A stretch of 45,321 nucleotides of DNA from an uncultured Ruminiclostridium sp. (GCA_964389845.1 CAYMFX010000002.1:1-45321), one strand, 5' to 3'. Positions 1 to 10,333 are shown, numbered from the stretch's first letter. The notes: generated from the letters alone by a model not told the origin. Program-made: numbers and translations.

Positions 1-432
1 AAAAAGGAAACCGAGGTTTATTACACCAATCCCATTTATTCGGAGAAAGATGTTAATTACCTTTGTCCTCACTGCATAGAAAGCGGCGAAGCGGCAAAAA
101 AGCTTGACGTTTCTTTTCAGGACGATATGTCTGCTGACCCTGTTTCCGACCCCGAAAAAACCGAAGAGCTGATACACCGCACCCCCGGCTACTGCGGCTG
201 GCAGCAGGAATACTGGCTTGCCTGCTGTGACGATTACTGCGCCTTTTTGGGATATTATACTTGGGGCGGTTTGGAAAAACTTGGCATTGCAGAGGAGATT
301 GAGAAAAATTATCGGCAGGACGTTTGTATGCTTGACCTTTCAGACGCTAAGGATTATCTGAGCAATAACGAAGGGTATTTGTTTAAATGCCTTCACTGCG
401 GAAAATATTATATCTATTTAGACTTTGATTAA
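1..432 (+). CDS. CbrC (UPF0167) family protein, 5'-truncated by window edge
   Basis: Frame 1 is open from base 1 (KKETEVYYTNPIYSEKDVNYLCPHCIESGEAA...) into the ORF-track protein. Motifs LCPxCI, RTPGYxGWQQExWLxCCDDYCAFLG and YLFxCLHCGK are typical of the CbrC family. Confidence 0.85.
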   Translation, partial: KKETEVYYTNPIYSEKDVNYLCPHCIESGEAAKKLDVSFQDDMSADPVSDPEKTEELIHRTPGYCGWQQEYWLACCDDYCAFLGYYTWGGLEKLGIAEEIEKNYRQDVCMLDLSDAKDYLSNNEGYLFKCLHCGKYYIYLDFD

Positions 433-452
433 GGTTAAGGGTGGTAAATACT

Positions 453-977
453 GTGAAAAACAAAAGCGTTCTTGAGAAAATGACAAAGGAACAGCTTATA
501 GAGCTTTTGGAGATTTATTCCAAAAACTGGTCAGCAATGGACGGGGTATGGTTTCAGTCCGTAGAAGAGAAATTCGGAATGGACGAGGCTATGATACACG
601 ACGCTAACGCTTGGAGAAGATTCACCGTTATTGAGGCGAAGCGGATAAAGGAATTTTTAAAGCTTTCCGATAATTGCGGCTTGGAGGGACTTTCAAGGGC
701 GTTGGAGCTAAGATTTTACGGCAATATAAACGATTATGAAATACGGCTTGACGAAAATAAAAACGAGCTTTATTTCGCAAACGTGAACTGCCGCGTCCAA
801 AGGGCAAGGGAAAGAAAGGGAATGCCTTTTCACCCCTGTAAGCAGGTTTCGGTTATCGAGTACGAGGGCTTTGCCAAAACGATTGATCCCCGCATAAAAT
901 GCAAATGTATAAGCTGTTACCCCGAGGTAACGGACAATAACGTGAGCTGTTCGTGGCTGTTCTATATTGATAATTAA
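453..977 (+). CDS. DUF6125-like protein (V4R/L-2-amino-thiazoline-4-carboxylate hydrolase-like, Cys-rich)
   Basis: Motifs KNWxAxDGVWFQxVE, CRVQxARxRKG, CKCISC and CSW. The start is uncertain (GTG 441, GTG 453 or ATG 480). Confidence 0.7.
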   Translation: MKNKSVLEKMTKEQLIELLEIYSKNWSAMDGVWFQSVEEKFGMDEAMIHDANAWRRFTVIEAKRIKEFLKLSDNCGLEGLSRALELRFYGNINDYEIRLDENKNELYFANVNCRVQRARERKGMPFHPCKQVSVIEYEGFAKTIDPRIKCKCISCYPEVTDNNVSCSWLFYIDN

Positions 978-1015
978 GATGAATAAGATAAATACAAGAA
1001 AGGATAAACAAAAAA

Positions 1016-2194
1016 ATGAATGAGCTTGAACTTAAATACGGCTGTAACCCCAATCAGAAGCCGTCAAGAATTTTTATGGAGAACGGAAAGGATTTGCCGA
1101 TAACCGTGCTGAACGGCAAGCCCGGCTATATTAACTTTATGGACGCATTTAACGGCTGGCAGCTTGTTAAAGAGCTGAAAAAGGCAACGGGTCTGCCCTC
1201 CGCCACCTCCTTTAAGCACGTTTCGCCTGCGGGCGCTGCGGTGGGACTTCCCCTTTCCGACACCTTAAAGAAAATTTACTGGGTTGACGATTTGGGAGAG
1301 CTTTCTCCTTTGGCTTGCGCTTATGCAAGGGCAAGAGGCGCCGACAGAATGAGCAGCTACGGCGATTTTGTAGCGCTTTCCGATAAGTGCGACGTATGCA
1401 CCGCAAAAATGCTTCAAAGAGAGGTTTCCGACGGCATTATCGCACCCGGCTACGACGATGAAGCACTTGAAATTCTTAAGTCCAAGAAAAAGGGCAATTA
1501 TGCGGTGATACAAATTGACGAGAATTATATTCCCGAACCCACCGAGAGAAAACAGGTTTTCGGAATTACCTTTGAGCAAGGCAGAAACGAGCTTAAAATT
1601 GACGATAACTTTTTCGGCAATATCGTTACCGAAAATAAGGATTTGCCCGACAGCGCCAAAATCGACCTTGCCATTGCAATGATTACGCTTAAGTATACAC
1701 AGTCCAACTCGGTTGCCTACGCCTGCGGCGGTCAGGCTATCGGTATCGGCGCAGGACAGCAGAGCCGCATTCACTGCACAAGACTTGCAGGCACAAAAGC
1801 GGACAACTGGTGGCTCAGGCAGTCGCCTCAGGTTTTGGGCTTGCAGTTTGTTGACAATATCCGCCGTCCCGACCGTGACAACGCCATTGACAACTATATC
1901 GGCGAGGACTATATGGACGTGCTTGCAGAAGGCGCTTGGCAGAATATTTTCAAGGTTAAGCCCGAAATATTTACCAATGAGGAAAAGAGAGCGTGGCTTG
2001 ATAAGCTTAACGGCGTTTCCCTCGGCTCGGACGCCTTCTTCCCCTTCGGCGACAATATCGAAAGAGCCCACAGAAGCGGCGTTAAGTATGTTGCAGAGCC
2101 GGGCGGGTCTATCAGAGACGACAACGTCATCGACACCTGCAACAAATACGGTATGGTTATGGCATTTACGGGAATCAGACTGTTCCACCATTAA
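1016..2194 (+). CDS. purH: AICAR transformylase (PurH C-terminal domain only)
   Basis: LKYGCNPNQ, SFKHVSPAG, KYTQSNSV, GAGQQSRIHCTRLA, SDAFFPFGDN and terminal RLFHH. 392 aa, with no N-terminal IMP cyclohydrolase (MGS-like) domain. Confidence 0.93.
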   Translation: MNELELKYGCNPNQKPSRIFMENGKDLPITVLNGKPGYINFMDAFNGWQLVKELKKATGLPSATSFKHVSPAGAAVGLPLSDTLKKIYWVDDLGELSPLACAYARARGADRMSSYGDFVALSDKCDVCTAKMLQREVSDGIIAPGYDDEALEILKSKKKGNYAVIQIDENYIPEPTERKQVFGITFEQGRNELKIDDNFFGNIVTENKDLPDSAKIDLAIAMITLKYTQSNSVAYACGGQAIGIGAGQQSRIHCTRLAGTKADNWWLRQSPQVLGLQFVDNIRRPDRDNAIDNYIGEDYMDVLAEGAWQNIFKVKPEIFTNEEKRAWLDKLNGVSLGSDAFFPFGDNIERAHRSGVKYVAEPGGSIRDDNVIDTCNKYGMVMAFTGIRLFHH

Positions 2195-2218
2195 TTTTAC
2201 ATCAGGAGGTAGCTTATT

Positions 2219-2617
2219 ATGAGATACGAATTAACAAAGGAGCTTGAAACGGGAAATGTATTTATCGACGGCGAGCATAAGCAGCTTTTTAAGGCGGTAA
2301 ACGATTTGTTGGACGCCTGCGACAAAGGACAGGGACGCGAATCGCTGCAAAAGACAATGACATTTCTCTCAAATTACGTAAACACCCATTTTGCTCACGA
2401 GGAGCAGCTGCAGCAAAAGAACAATTATCCAAACTACACCGCCCATAGGGCTTTCCACGAAAAATATAAAAGCGACTTAAACGCCCTTATGGCGAAGATT
2501 CCCGAATCGGGAGCTACGGTGGGAGACCTGACTGCATTAAACGCTCATATCGGTATTCTTGTTTCGCATATCCGCACCGAGGATAAGAAGTTAGGACAGT
2601 TTTTGCAGAAGAGCTGA
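2219..2617 (+). CDS. Bacteriohemerythrin family protein
   Basis: IDGEHKQL, HFAHEE, HRAFH and HIRTED iron-ligand pattern. AGGAGG RBS. Confidence 0.92.
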   Translation: MRYELTKELETGNVFIDGEHKQLFKAVNDLLDACDKGQGRESLQKTMTFLSNYVNTHFAHEEQLQQKNNYPNYTAHRAFHEKYKSDLNALMAKIPESGATVGDLTALNAHIGILVSHIRTEDKKLGQFLQKS

Positions 2618-2653
2618 GGGCAGCATATGAAAGAGTCAAATGAAAAGGAATAA

Positions 2654-3943
2654 GTGAAAATGAAGATATTAACAGTAGGCGGCGGCGGCAGAGAACACGC
2701 AATAATCACCGCGCTGAGCCGCTCCCCAAAAGCTGACAAGCTGTATGCCGCACCGGGAAACGCCGGCATATCCGCTTTAGCAGAGTGTTTCCCCGTAAAG
2801 GCAACAGATATTGAAGGCATTGTGGAGCTGGCGGAAAAATTAAAGCCGGATTATGTTTTTGTAGCTCCCGACGACCCTTTGGTAATGGGAATGGTGGACG
2901 CACTTAACCAGAAGGGCTTCAAGACCTTTGGACCTAAGGCAAACGCCGCAATTTTAGAGGGCAGCAAGGTTTTTTCAAAGGCGCTGATGAAAAAATACGG
3001 TATTCCCACCGCCGAATATGAAACCTTTACCGATGCAGACAGGGCAATTGCTTACATCAAAGAGAAAAACAGCTACCCTGCCGTTATTAAGTGCGACGGC
3101 TTGGCTCTCGGAAAGGGCGTTATTATTGCCGAAAACCTTGAACAGGCGGAAAATGCGGTTAAGTCAATGCTCCTTGAAGGCAAGTTCGGAAAGAGCGGAA
3201 GCGAGATTGTGGTGGAGGAATATCTGACGGGACCCGAGCTTACCGTCCTTGCGTTTACCGACGGAAAGACAGTTAAGCCAATGATAAGCTCAATGGATCA
3301 CAAGAGAGCCTTTGACGGGGATAAGGGTTTAAATACCGGCGGCATGGGCACCGTTGCGCCTAATCCGTTATACACTGCCGAGAAGCAGGCGGAATGTATG
3401 GAAAAAATCTTCCTGCCTACAATTAGGGCAATGAAAAATGAGGGCAGACCCTTTAAGGGCTGCCTGTACTTTGGACTTATGCTTACTCCTAAGGGGGCAA
3501 AGGTGATAGAATACAACTGCCGTTTCGGAGACCCGGAAACGCAGGTGGTTTTGCCTTTGCTTGAAACAGACATTGTTGATATAATGGAGGCTGTCTGGGA
3601 GGAAAGGCTGTCGGAGCTTGATATTAAGTGGAGCGATAAGGCTTGTGCCTGTGTTGTAATGGCAAGCGGAGGCTATCCCGAAAAGTATGAGACGGGAAAG
3701 GTTATCTCTGGCTTGAACCGTGAGGGGCAGCTTGAAGGTGTTGACGACGTTTGTGTTTATCATGCGGGGACTAAGCTTGATAGCGGAAAATACCTCACTG
3801 CGGGAGGGCGCGTTTTAGGTGTTACCGCTGTGGGTGATGATTTACGGAGGGCTTTGGATAAGGCTTACGGGGCTGTCGGGAAGATAGACTTTGATAAGGC
3901 ACATTATCGGAAGGATATTGGGAAAAGGGCTTTGGGTGTGTAA
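2654..3943 (+). CDS. purD: Phosphoribosylamine--glycine ligase
   Basis: GGGGREHA, APGNAG, LEGSK, DGLALGKGV, NTGGMG, EYNCRFGDPETQ, GGRVL. Confidence 0.97.
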   Translation: MKMKILTVGGGGREHAIITALSRSPKADKLYAAPGNAGISALAECFPVKATDIEGIVELAEKLKPDYVFVAPDDPLVMGMVDALNQKGFKTFGPKANAAILEGSKVFSKALMKKYGIPTAEYETFTDADRAIAYIKEKNSYPAVIKCDGLALGKGVIIAENLEQAENAVKSMLLEGKFGKSGSEIVVEEYLTGPELTVLAFTDGKTVKPMISSMDHKRAFDGDKGLNTGGMGTVAPNPLYTAEKQAECMEKIFLPTIRAMKNEGRPFKGCLYFGLMLTPKGAKVIEYNCRFGDPETQVVLPLLETDIVDIMEAVWEERLSELDIKWSDKACACVVMASGGYPEKYETGKVISGLNREGQLEGVDDVCVYHAGTKLDSGKYLTAGGRVLGVTAVGDDLRRALDKAYGAVGKIDFDKAHYRKDIGKRALGV

Positions 3944-3944
3944 T

Positions 3945-3997
3945 ACTATTCTCAAATTAAAAAGATTGTAAAACTTTATGGATAATTTGAGAATAGT
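3945..3997. repeat. Perfect 15 bp inverted repeat immediately after the purD stop
   Basis: ACTATTCTCAAATTA (3945-3959) / TAATTTGAGAATAGT (3983-3997). Confidence 0.85.
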
Positions 3998-4007
3998 GCT
4001 TCGGGTG

Positions 4008-4059
4008 TAATTTCAATTTAAAATTTTGTAAAGAATGATTTTAAATTGAAATTAGTATA
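4008..4059. repeat. Perfect 17 bp inverted repeat ending in TAGTATA
   Basis: TAATTTCAATTTAAAAT (4008-4024) / ATTTTAAATTGAAATTA (4038-4054), followed by GTATA. Confidence 0.85.
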
Positions 4060-4099
4060 ACTGCGGATAAATATAAGAGACAAAGAAAACCGGTTTGCT

Positions 4100-4155
4100 A
4101 AATAAAAATATCCCCTTTATTGCATTTTAATGTAAAAAGGGGATATTTATTAATT
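4100..4155. terminator. Probable bidirectional intrinsic terminator between convergent purD and clpB
   Basis: Stem AAATATCCCCTTT / AAAGGGGATATTT with A/T-rich flanks. Confidence 0.65.
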
Positions 4156-4159
4156 TATA

Positions 4160-6766
4160 TTATTCAACAGACAGAGAAAGACCGTTTTCGCCGCTGTCGA
4201 TAATCACCGTATCGCCTTCCCTCAGCTTATCGCCTATAATCGCTCTTGCAATAAGTGTTTCAACCTTGCTCTGAATAAATCTTTTCAGCGGTCTTGCGCC
4301 GTAAACAGGATCATACCCGCTGTCGATAATATATTCCTTTGCACTGTCGGTTACTTTCACCTCTATTTGTTTATCCTCCAAACGCTTTGACAAATCCTTT
4401 ATCATCAAATCCACTATGCCGCCGATTTCGGACTTTGCAAGAGGCTTGTAGAACACAATCTCATCAAGGCGATTGAGAAATTCGGGGCGAAACTTGGTTT
4501 TCAGCAGTCCTTCAACCTGTTCCTTTGCTTCGGCGGAAATCTCGTTGTTTTCGGTTATGCCGTCCAAAATATAGTTGGAGCCTAAATTGCTGGTAAGAAT
4601 GATTATTGTGTTCTTGAAATCCACCGTTCTGCCCTGGCTGTCGGTTATTCTGCCGTCGTCAAGAACCTGAAGCAGAATATTGAATACATCGGGATGGGCC
4701 TTTTCTATCTCGTCAAATAAAACTACCGAGTAGGGCTTGCGGCGAACCGCTTCCGTAAGCTGACCGCCCTCCTCATAGCCCACATATCCCGGAGGAGCGC
4801 CTATAAGACGGCTTACGCTGTATTTCTCCATATATTCGGTCATATCTATTCTTACAATGTTGTGCTCATCGTCAAACAACGCTTGTGCAAGCGCTTTTGC
4901 AAGCTCGGTTTTGCCTACGCCGGTAGGTCCCAAGAAAAGGAAGGAGCCTATTGGACGGTTAGGGTCCTGAATGCCCGCTCTTGAACGCAGAATTGCTTCG
5001 CTTACCTTTTCTACCGCTTCATTCTGCCCGATAACACGCCGGTGAAGAATATCTTCCATTCCGAGAAGCTTTGAACGTTCTCCCTCCATAAGCTTGGCAA
5101 CTGGGATACCCGTCCACCTTGCAATAATTCTTGCAATCTCTTCCTCGGTGACCTTATCTCTCAGCAACGAACTGTTGCTCTTTTGTTCCTCTGCGTTTTT
5201 CTCTTCCCTTTCAAGCTCCGCCTGAAGCTGAGGAAGCTTTCCGTACTGTAATTCCGCTGCCTTGTTCAGATTGTATTCACGCTTTGCTTTCTCTATCTCA
5301 ACGCCTAAACGCTCTATTTCCTTACGCAGAGTCTGAACCTTGTTGATGCCCGATTTTTCATTCTCCCACTTTGCCTTCATTTGTGCAAGCTGTTCTCTCA
5401 TTTGAGACAGCTCGCGCTGAATTTCCGCAAGGTGTTCCTGTGACAGCTTGTCGTCCTCCTTCTTAAGCGCCGCTTCTTCAATCTCGTGCTGCATAATGCG
5501 CCGGGACAGCTCGTCAAGCTCGGTGGGCATTGATTCCATTTCTGTTTTTATCAATGCGCAGGCTTCGTCAACCAAATCTATCGCCTTATCGGGAAGGAAT
5601 CTGTCGCTTATATACCTGTTGGAAAGTACTGCCGCCGCAATCAGCGCCTGGTCGTGAATCTTTACTCCGTGGAAAACCTCGTATCTTTCCTTAAGACCTC
5701 TTAAAATCGAGATTGTGTCCTCAACCGTCGGTTCGTCTACCTGCACAGGCTGGAAACGTCTTTCGAGAGCGGGGTCCTTTTCGATATACTTTCTGTATTC
5801 GTCAAGAGTGGTTGCGCCGATACAGTGCAGCTCGCCTCTTGCAAGCATAGGCTTAAGAATATTTCCGGCGTCCATTGCTCCGTCTGTTTTTCCGGCTCCC
5901 ACAATAAGGTGCAGCTCGTCTATAAAGAGAATGATTTTACCGTCGCTTTTTTTGACCTCCTGTAAAACCGCTTTAAGACGTTCCTCAAATTCGCCTCTGT
6001 ACTTTGCGCCCGCAACCAACGCTCCCATATCTAAGCTGAAAAGTTGTCTGTCCTTTAAGCTTCCGGGCACGTCTCCCCTTACTATACGCAGTGCAAGTCC
6101 TTCGGCAATCGCAGTCTTGCCTACGCCGGGTTCGCCGATAAGGACAGGATTATTTTTCGTTTTTCTGCTCAGTATGCGGATTACGTTGCGTATCTCGCTG
6201 TCCCTGCCGATAACGGGGTCAAGCTTGCTTTGTCTTGCCAGCTCCACCAAATCCTGACCGTATTTTTTCAGCACGTCATAGGTATCCTCGGGACTGTCGG
6301 AGGTTACCCGTGTGTTGCCCCTAACCTTCTGTAAAGCGGATAAAAATTCGTTTTTTGTTATACCCTGATTGGAAAACAGCTCCTTTACCTTTCCCGCAGC
6401 CTTATCGAGAAGTCCGATGAACAAATGCTCTACGCTTATATATTCATCGTTCATTCGTTCGGCTTCCGTTTCCGCAGCGGTCAGCGCCTTGTCAAGCTCG
6501 GAAGTGATATAAAGACTGTCCATTTGTCTTGCGCCGCTTCCCGTGACCTTGGGAATGCCGTCGACGATTCTTTCGGCTTCCTCGGTGATTTTCCCAACAT
6601 TCTTCCCCATACTCTCCAAGAGTTGAGGAATAAGCCCTTCCTCCTGATTCAGCAATGCAGACAGAATATGGCATTGGTCTATCTGCTGATTGTTGTTTTG
6701 TACCGCAATATTTTGCGCCTGCTGTACGATTTCCATTGATTTTTTAGTAAGCTTTTGTGTGTTCAT
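4160..6766 (-). CDS. clpB: ATP-dependent chaperone ClpB
   Basis: Two AAA+ modules ([16 protein letters not shown]), Clp N-domain, long coiled-coil M-domain, GYVGYEEGG and GARPLKR. 868 aa. Confidence 0.97.
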   Translation of the reverse strand: MNTQKLTKKSMEIVQQAQNIAVQNNNQQIDQCHILSALLNQEEGLIPQLLESMGKNVGKITEEAERIVDGIPKVTGSGARQMDSLYITSELDKALTAAETEAERMNDEYISVEHLFIGLLDKAAGKVKELFSNQGITKNEFLSALQKVRGNTRVTSDSPEDTYDVLKKYGQDLVELARQSKLDPVIGRDSEIRNVIRILSRKTKNNPVLIGEPGVGKTAIAEGLALRIVRGDVPGSLKDRQLFSLDMGALVAGAKYRGEFEERLKAVLQEVKKSDGKIILFIDELHLIVGAGKTDGAMDAGNILKPMLARGELHCIGATTLDEYRKYIEKDPALERRFQPVQVDEPTVEDTISILRGLKERYEVFHGVKIHDQALIAAAVLSNRYISDRFLPDKAIDLVDEACALIKTEMESMPTELDELSRRIMQHEIEEAALKKEDDKLSQEHLAEIQRELSQMREQLAQMKAKWENEKSGINKVQTLRKEIERLGVEIEKAKREYNLNKAAELQYGKLPQLQAELEREEKNAEEQKSNSSLLRDKVTEEEIARIIARWTGIPVAKLMEGERSKLLGMEDILHRRVIGQNEAVEKVSEAILRSRAGIQDPNRPIGSFLFLGPTGVGKTELAKALAQALFDDEHNIVRIDMTEYMEKYSVSRLIGAPPGYVGYEEGGQLTEAVRRKPYSVVLFDEIEKAHPDVFNILLQVLDDGRITDSQGRTVDFKNTIIILTSNLGSNYILDGITENNEISAEAKEQVEGLLKTKFRPEFLNRLDEIVFYKPLAKSEIGGIVDLMIKDLSKRLEDKQIEVKVTDSAKEYIIDSGYDPVYGARPLKRFIQSKVETLIARAIIGDKLREGDTVIIDSGENGLSLSVE

Positions 6767-6802
6767 AAAACAAGTCTCCTTTCAAGAACAGACTGCCCCA
6801 TG

Positions 6803-7462
6803 TTAAATAAAAATTATTCCTTCCCTCAAATGCTCCCGATACCTTTCAGCCATATGAGCAGCGGCTTCCATATCGTCTCCATAGCTGAAATAGCACTTCA
6901 AAACATCGTCGAACATACGGATATATTCCCCGATTGCCCTGCCTATATCCTCGTTGGTTTTATCTCTGTACTGTCCCGGAAGAACCAGCTTCCTCGTAAA
7001 TTTTCCGTCCTCGATAACATATTGAATTCCGTAAGGGAAGTGCTTCGCAATATATTTGTTTTCCAGCACCGCCCACAGCCTTAAAAAGTCTTCCATTTTT
7101 TTCTTAAGCTCCGCAGACTGTGTTCGGAAGCTAACCTTAAGCTCCACCTCGGTATAATCATCGGCTCTTATTACCTGCACTCCGTAACGGATTGTGGGAT
7201 TATACTTATATTTAAGAGAGGAACGTATGAGCATCGACTGGTTATCCGCTTTTACAATGAACCCGTCGCCCGCCTCGTCTAAAATTTTATTGATTTCGCT
7301 GAGGATATTGCTGATACGCATTTCCGACGTGGTAAATCCCGTGCGTTCGGCAAGTATTCGGTCAATCAGCGCCGAGCGGCTTATTCCCATACCGTAAGCC
7401 AACTTATCGATCTCGTCCACAACACCGTCCGTCAGCACTAAACTGTAAACGCTTTTTCCCAT
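6803..7462 (-). CDS. Putative ribbon-helix-helix (CopG-like) N-terminal domain protein
   Basis: N-terminus KSVYSLVL-DGVVDEIDKLA-GISRSALIDRIL fits the RHH beta-helix-helix pattern. Co-oriented with clpB, 36 bp upstream. Confidence 0.7.
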   Translation of the reverse strand: MGKSVYSLVLTDGVVDEIDKLAYGMGISRSALIDRILAERTGFTTSEMRISNILSEINKILDEAGDGFIVKADNQSMLIRSSLKYKYNPTIRYGVQVIRADDYTEVELKVSFRTQSAELKKKMEDFLRLWAVLENKYIAKHFPYGIQYVIEDGKFTRKLVLPGQYRDKTNEDIGRAIGEYIRMFDDVLKCYFSYGDDMEAAAHMAERYREHLREGIIFI

Positions 7463-7499
7463 TGCTTCTGTTTCCTTTCACTTAACATTTTCCTTTTCT

Positions 7500-7535
7500 T
7501 GATATAACTATATCACAAAATTAATAATTTGTCAA
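7500..7535 (-). promoter_or_regulatory. Sigma-A promoter for RHH-clpB with overlapping palindrome
   Basis: Minus strand TTGACA-N17-TATAGT. TGATATA-AC-TATATCA palindrome at 7500-7515 covers the -10. Confidence 0.7.
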
Positions 7536-7580
7536 CAGTTTTATATAAATTTCTTTACGATTTTTTATTTGATCCTCTTC

Positions 7581-7609
7581 TTGACATTCATAATAAAATA
7601 TTGTAAAAT
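7581..7609 (+). promoter_or_regulatory. Sigma-A promoter for mscL
   Basis: TTGACA-N17-TAAAAT. Confidence 0.65.
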
Positions 7610-7653
7610 AAAATCAGCTAAAAAATAAAATAACAATAAGGACGGTAAAGACA

Positions 7654-8124
7654 ATGGCTGATGAAAAGAAACCCAAGAAAAAGTTTAAGTTATTGGCAGA
7701 GTTTAAAGAGTTTGCCCTTAAAGGAAACGTAATGAGCCTTGCTGTCGGCGTTATCATAGGCGGTGCGTTTCAAAGCATTGTAACCTCTCTCACCGAAAAC
7801 TTTATTAAGCCCCTTATCGCAGTATTTACAGGCGGCGTTAAGACGGACGAAGCCGGAAATCCGCAGTACATAGGCGGTTCCTTTACCATTAACGGAGTTG
7901 AATTCAATTACGGCGCATTTCTCTCCGCAGTTATCAACTTCCTTATTATGGCTTTGATTCTTTTCCTGCTTGTTAAAGCAATGAACAAGTTAATGTCCAT
8001 AGGTCACAAGAAAAAGGAAGAAGAGCCCGCTGCTCCTCCGCCTCCCGATCCTCAGGTAGTTTTGCTCACCGAGATACGTGATATGATGAAGGAAAATGAG
8101 AAGGAAAAAACTACCGTTAATTAA
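7654..8124 (+). CDS. mscL: Large-conductance mechanosensitive channel
   Basis: EFKEFALKGNVMSLAVGVIIGGAF, YGAFLSAVINFLI, LLTEIRD. Confidence 0.96.
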   Translation: MADEKKPKKKFKLLAEFKEFALKGNVMSLAVGVIIGGAFQSIVTSLTENFIKPLIAVFTGGVKTDEAGNPQYIGGSFTINGVEFNYGAFLSAVINFLIMALILFLLVKAMNKLMSIGHKKKEEEPAAPPPPDPQVVLLTEIRDMMKENEKEKTTVN

Positions 8125-8156
8125 TCCCAATCTCATACATATCCAAGTAATATAAT

Positions 8157-8199
8157 ATAAAAAATCGCAAAAGCCATTGGGTTTTGCGATTTTTTATTA
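8157..8199 (+). terminator. Intrinsic terminator after mscL
   Basis: AAAAAATCGCAAAAGCC-ATT-GGGTTTTGCGATTTTTT hairpin with U-tract. Confidence 0.8.
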
Positions 8200-8395
8200 T
8201 AGCTCTTTCGTGGATAGATGCCGAGAAAAAGACTGCGCACGCTTCAAGCTGCGCAAAATAATAACATGGATTTTAAGCGGTTACACTTGTTTGTTTCTGT
8301 CTGTGCACCTGCTCGTTTTTTCCCCTTTACTTTTTCGGGAAAGTAAGCTATAATATAATTAAATCTATTATGCGATTATGAAAGGAAACATTGAT

Positions 8396-8665
8396 ATGAA
8401 AGCAGTAGTAGCCGTAATCGGCAAGGACACGGTAGGAATCCTGGCAAAAATAAGCACCATTTGTTCTCAGTGCAACGCAAACGTAATGGATGTAACGCAA
8501 ACGATTATGCAGGATATGTTTGCAATGACCATGCTGATCGATATATCGAAATGTACCACGGAATACGGGGAGCTTGCCGACAGTCTGAAAAAGGCAGGCG
8601 AGGAAATGAATCTTCAGGTTCATGTAATGCACGAGGATATTTTCAACTCTATGCACCACATTTAA
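8396..8665 (+). CDS. ACT domain protein (UPF0237)
   Basis: MKAVVAVIGKDTVGILA...DIFNSMHHI. Classic partner of UPF0210. RBS GAAAGGA precedes ATG 8396. Confidence 0.9.
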   Translation: MKAVVAVIGKDTVGILAKISTICSQCNANVMDVTQTIMQDMFAMTMLIDISKCTTEYGELADSLKKAGEEMNLQVHVMHEDIFNSMHHI

Positions 8666-8699
8666 TTGACATATAATCAAGAAGGAGAAGAAAGCTAAT

Positions 8700-10055
8700 A
8701 TGGTCAGCACAAACGATATACTTGAAACAATAAAGATGATTCAGGAGGAAAACCTCGATATACGCACCATAACTATGGGCATATCGCTTCTTGACTGCAT
8801 TGACAGCGATATTGACAGGGCTTGCGACAAGGTTTACGAGAAAATGATGCGGGCAGCCCGGAATCATGTCAGGACGGGAGAGGAAATAGAAAAGCGGTAC
8901 GGCATTCCCATAATCAATAAGCGGCTTTCGGTAACCCCCATAGCAATGCTTGCAGCAGCGGCGGAGGGAAGCCCCGTAAAGTTTGCGAAAACTCTCCAGC
9001 GTGTTGCCGAGGGTACGGGAGTGAACTACATAGGCGGCTACTCGGCATTGGTTCACAAAGGCTTTTCAGCGGGAGATATGAAGCTTATCGAATCGATACC
9101 CGAAGCCTTGGCGGAAACCTCCAACGTTTGCTCCTCCGTAAATGTTGGCTCCACAAGAGCGGGCATTAATATGGACGCCGTTAAGCTTATGGGAAAAATC
9201 ATAAAGGACAGCGCCGAAGCCACTGCCGATAATCATTGCTTTGGTGCGGCAAAAATCGTGGTGTTCTGCAATGCCGTTGAGGATAACCCTTTTATGGCGG
9301 GAGCATTTCACGGGGTTGGCGAGCCTGATACCGTCCTTAACGTAGGGGTAAGCGGTCCGGGCGTCGTAAGGGCGGCTCTATCCAAAATGCCCGATGCTGA
9401 TTTAAGCCAGATTGCGGAAACCGTTAAGAGAACCGCATTCAAGATAACCCGCATGGGACAGCTTGTAGGCACCGAGGCAAGCAAGGCGTTGGGCGTACCC
9501 TTCGGCATAGTTGATTTGTCATTGGCGCCTACTCCCGCCGTTGGAGACAGCGTAGCGCATATACTTGAAGAAATGGGACTTGAAAGCTGCGGAGCATACG
9601 GTACTACCGCCGCGCTTGCAATGCTTAATGACGCTGTCAAGAAGGGCGGCGTAATGGCTTCATCTCACGTTGGAGGACTTTCGGGAGCATTTATCCCCGT
9701 CTCCGAGGACGCAGGAATGATTGACGCAGTAAACTGCGGTTCTCTCTGTCTTGAAAAGCTTGAAGCAATGACGGCAGTATGCTCTGTGGGACTTGATATG
9801 GTGGTGATTCCGGGAGATACCTCCTCCGACACAATATCGGGTATCATTGCCGATGAAGCGGCAATAGGCATGGTGAACAGCAAGACCACCGCTGTCAGAG
9901 TTATTCCCGCAATCGGAATGAAGGAGGGCGAGACTCTTGAATTTGGCGGACTTTTCGGAAGCGGTCCTGTAATGAAGGTAAACTCCTTCGATTGCTCCAA
10001 GTTTATTTCAAGGGGCGGAAGAATACCTGCACCTTTGCAAAGTTTGAAAAATTAA
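8700..10055 (+). CDS. PFL-like family protein (UPF0210/DUF711)
   Basis: [59 protein letters not shown]. Confidence 0.92.
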   Translation: MVSTNDILETIKMIQEENLDIRTITMGISLLDCIDSDIDRACDKVYEKMMRAARNHVRTGEEIEKRYGIPIINKRLSVTPIAMLAAAAEGSPVKFAKTLQRVAEGTGVNYIGGYSALVHKGFSAGDMKLIESIPEALAETSNVCSSVNVGSTRAGINMDAVKLMGKIIKDSAEATADNHCFGAAKIVVFCNAVEDNPFMAGAFHGVGEPDTVLNVGVSGPGVVRAALSKMPDADLSQIAETVKRTAFKITRMGQLVGTEASKALGVPFGIVDLSLAPTPAVGDSVAHILEEMGLESCGAYGTTAALAMLNDAVKKGGVMASSHVGGLSGAFIPVSEDAGMIDAVNCGSLCLEKLEAMTAVCSVGLDMVVIPGDTSSDTISGIIADEAAIGMVNSKTTAVRVIPAIGMKEGETLEFGGLFGSGPVMKVNSFDCSKFISRGGRIPAPLQSLKN

Positions 10056-10148
10056 GAACCTGTACCAATAGCGTAGGTGTGCGGATTTTCGAACACAATT
10101 TTTCTGAGGACAAGGAAAAATTTCGCAGGCGGGCTTTCGCCTGTTAAG
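10053..10148 (+). repeat. Truncated copy of ERIC/RPE-like palindromic element
   Basis: Starts at the stop codon (TAAGAACCTGT...). Core CAAGGAAAAATTTCGCAGGCGGGCTTTCGCCTG resembles the cores at 23286-23337 (minus) and 38331-38381. Confidence 0.5.
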
Positions 10149-10291
10149 CTTATGATAAGGCTATTGGTCACAAAACCGGAAGAAGTCAAATTTATTACAT
10201 GTTGCACTGCCATGGTTGGAGAAAAGTAATGCCGAGAAGCAAACACCCTAAAAAGGCAGATGAAGAGGCGATAAAAGCCTCAAAAAAATAA
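10148..10291 (+). pseudogene. IS630-family transposase orfA (winged-HTH) C-terminal fragment
   Basis: Hand translation AYDKAIGHKTGRSQIYYMLHCHGWRKVMPRSKHPKKADEEAIKASKK*. The GWRKxMPRxxHPKK...KK end and an A7 run before the stop match IS630 orfA frameshift sites. No DDE orfB follows. Confidence 0.75.
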
Positions 10292-10309
10292 ATCTCAATT
10301 AGAAGCTGC

Positions 10310-10333
10310 CTTCCATGATTTAAATCATGGAAG
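10310..10333. repeat. Perfect 24 bp palindrome
   Basis: CTTCCATGATTTAAATCATGGAAG is its own reverse complement. Confidence 0.9.

Noticed and set aside
1265-2191. 308 aa antisense ORF over purH
   Set aside because: Shadow frame of a conserved gene, with no RBS or recognisable motifs.
10062-10172. CCAATAGC / GCTATTGG inverted repeat as ends of a complete element
   Set aside because: The right arm lies inside the IS630-like coding remnant, so it may be coincidental. The element was treated as truncated.
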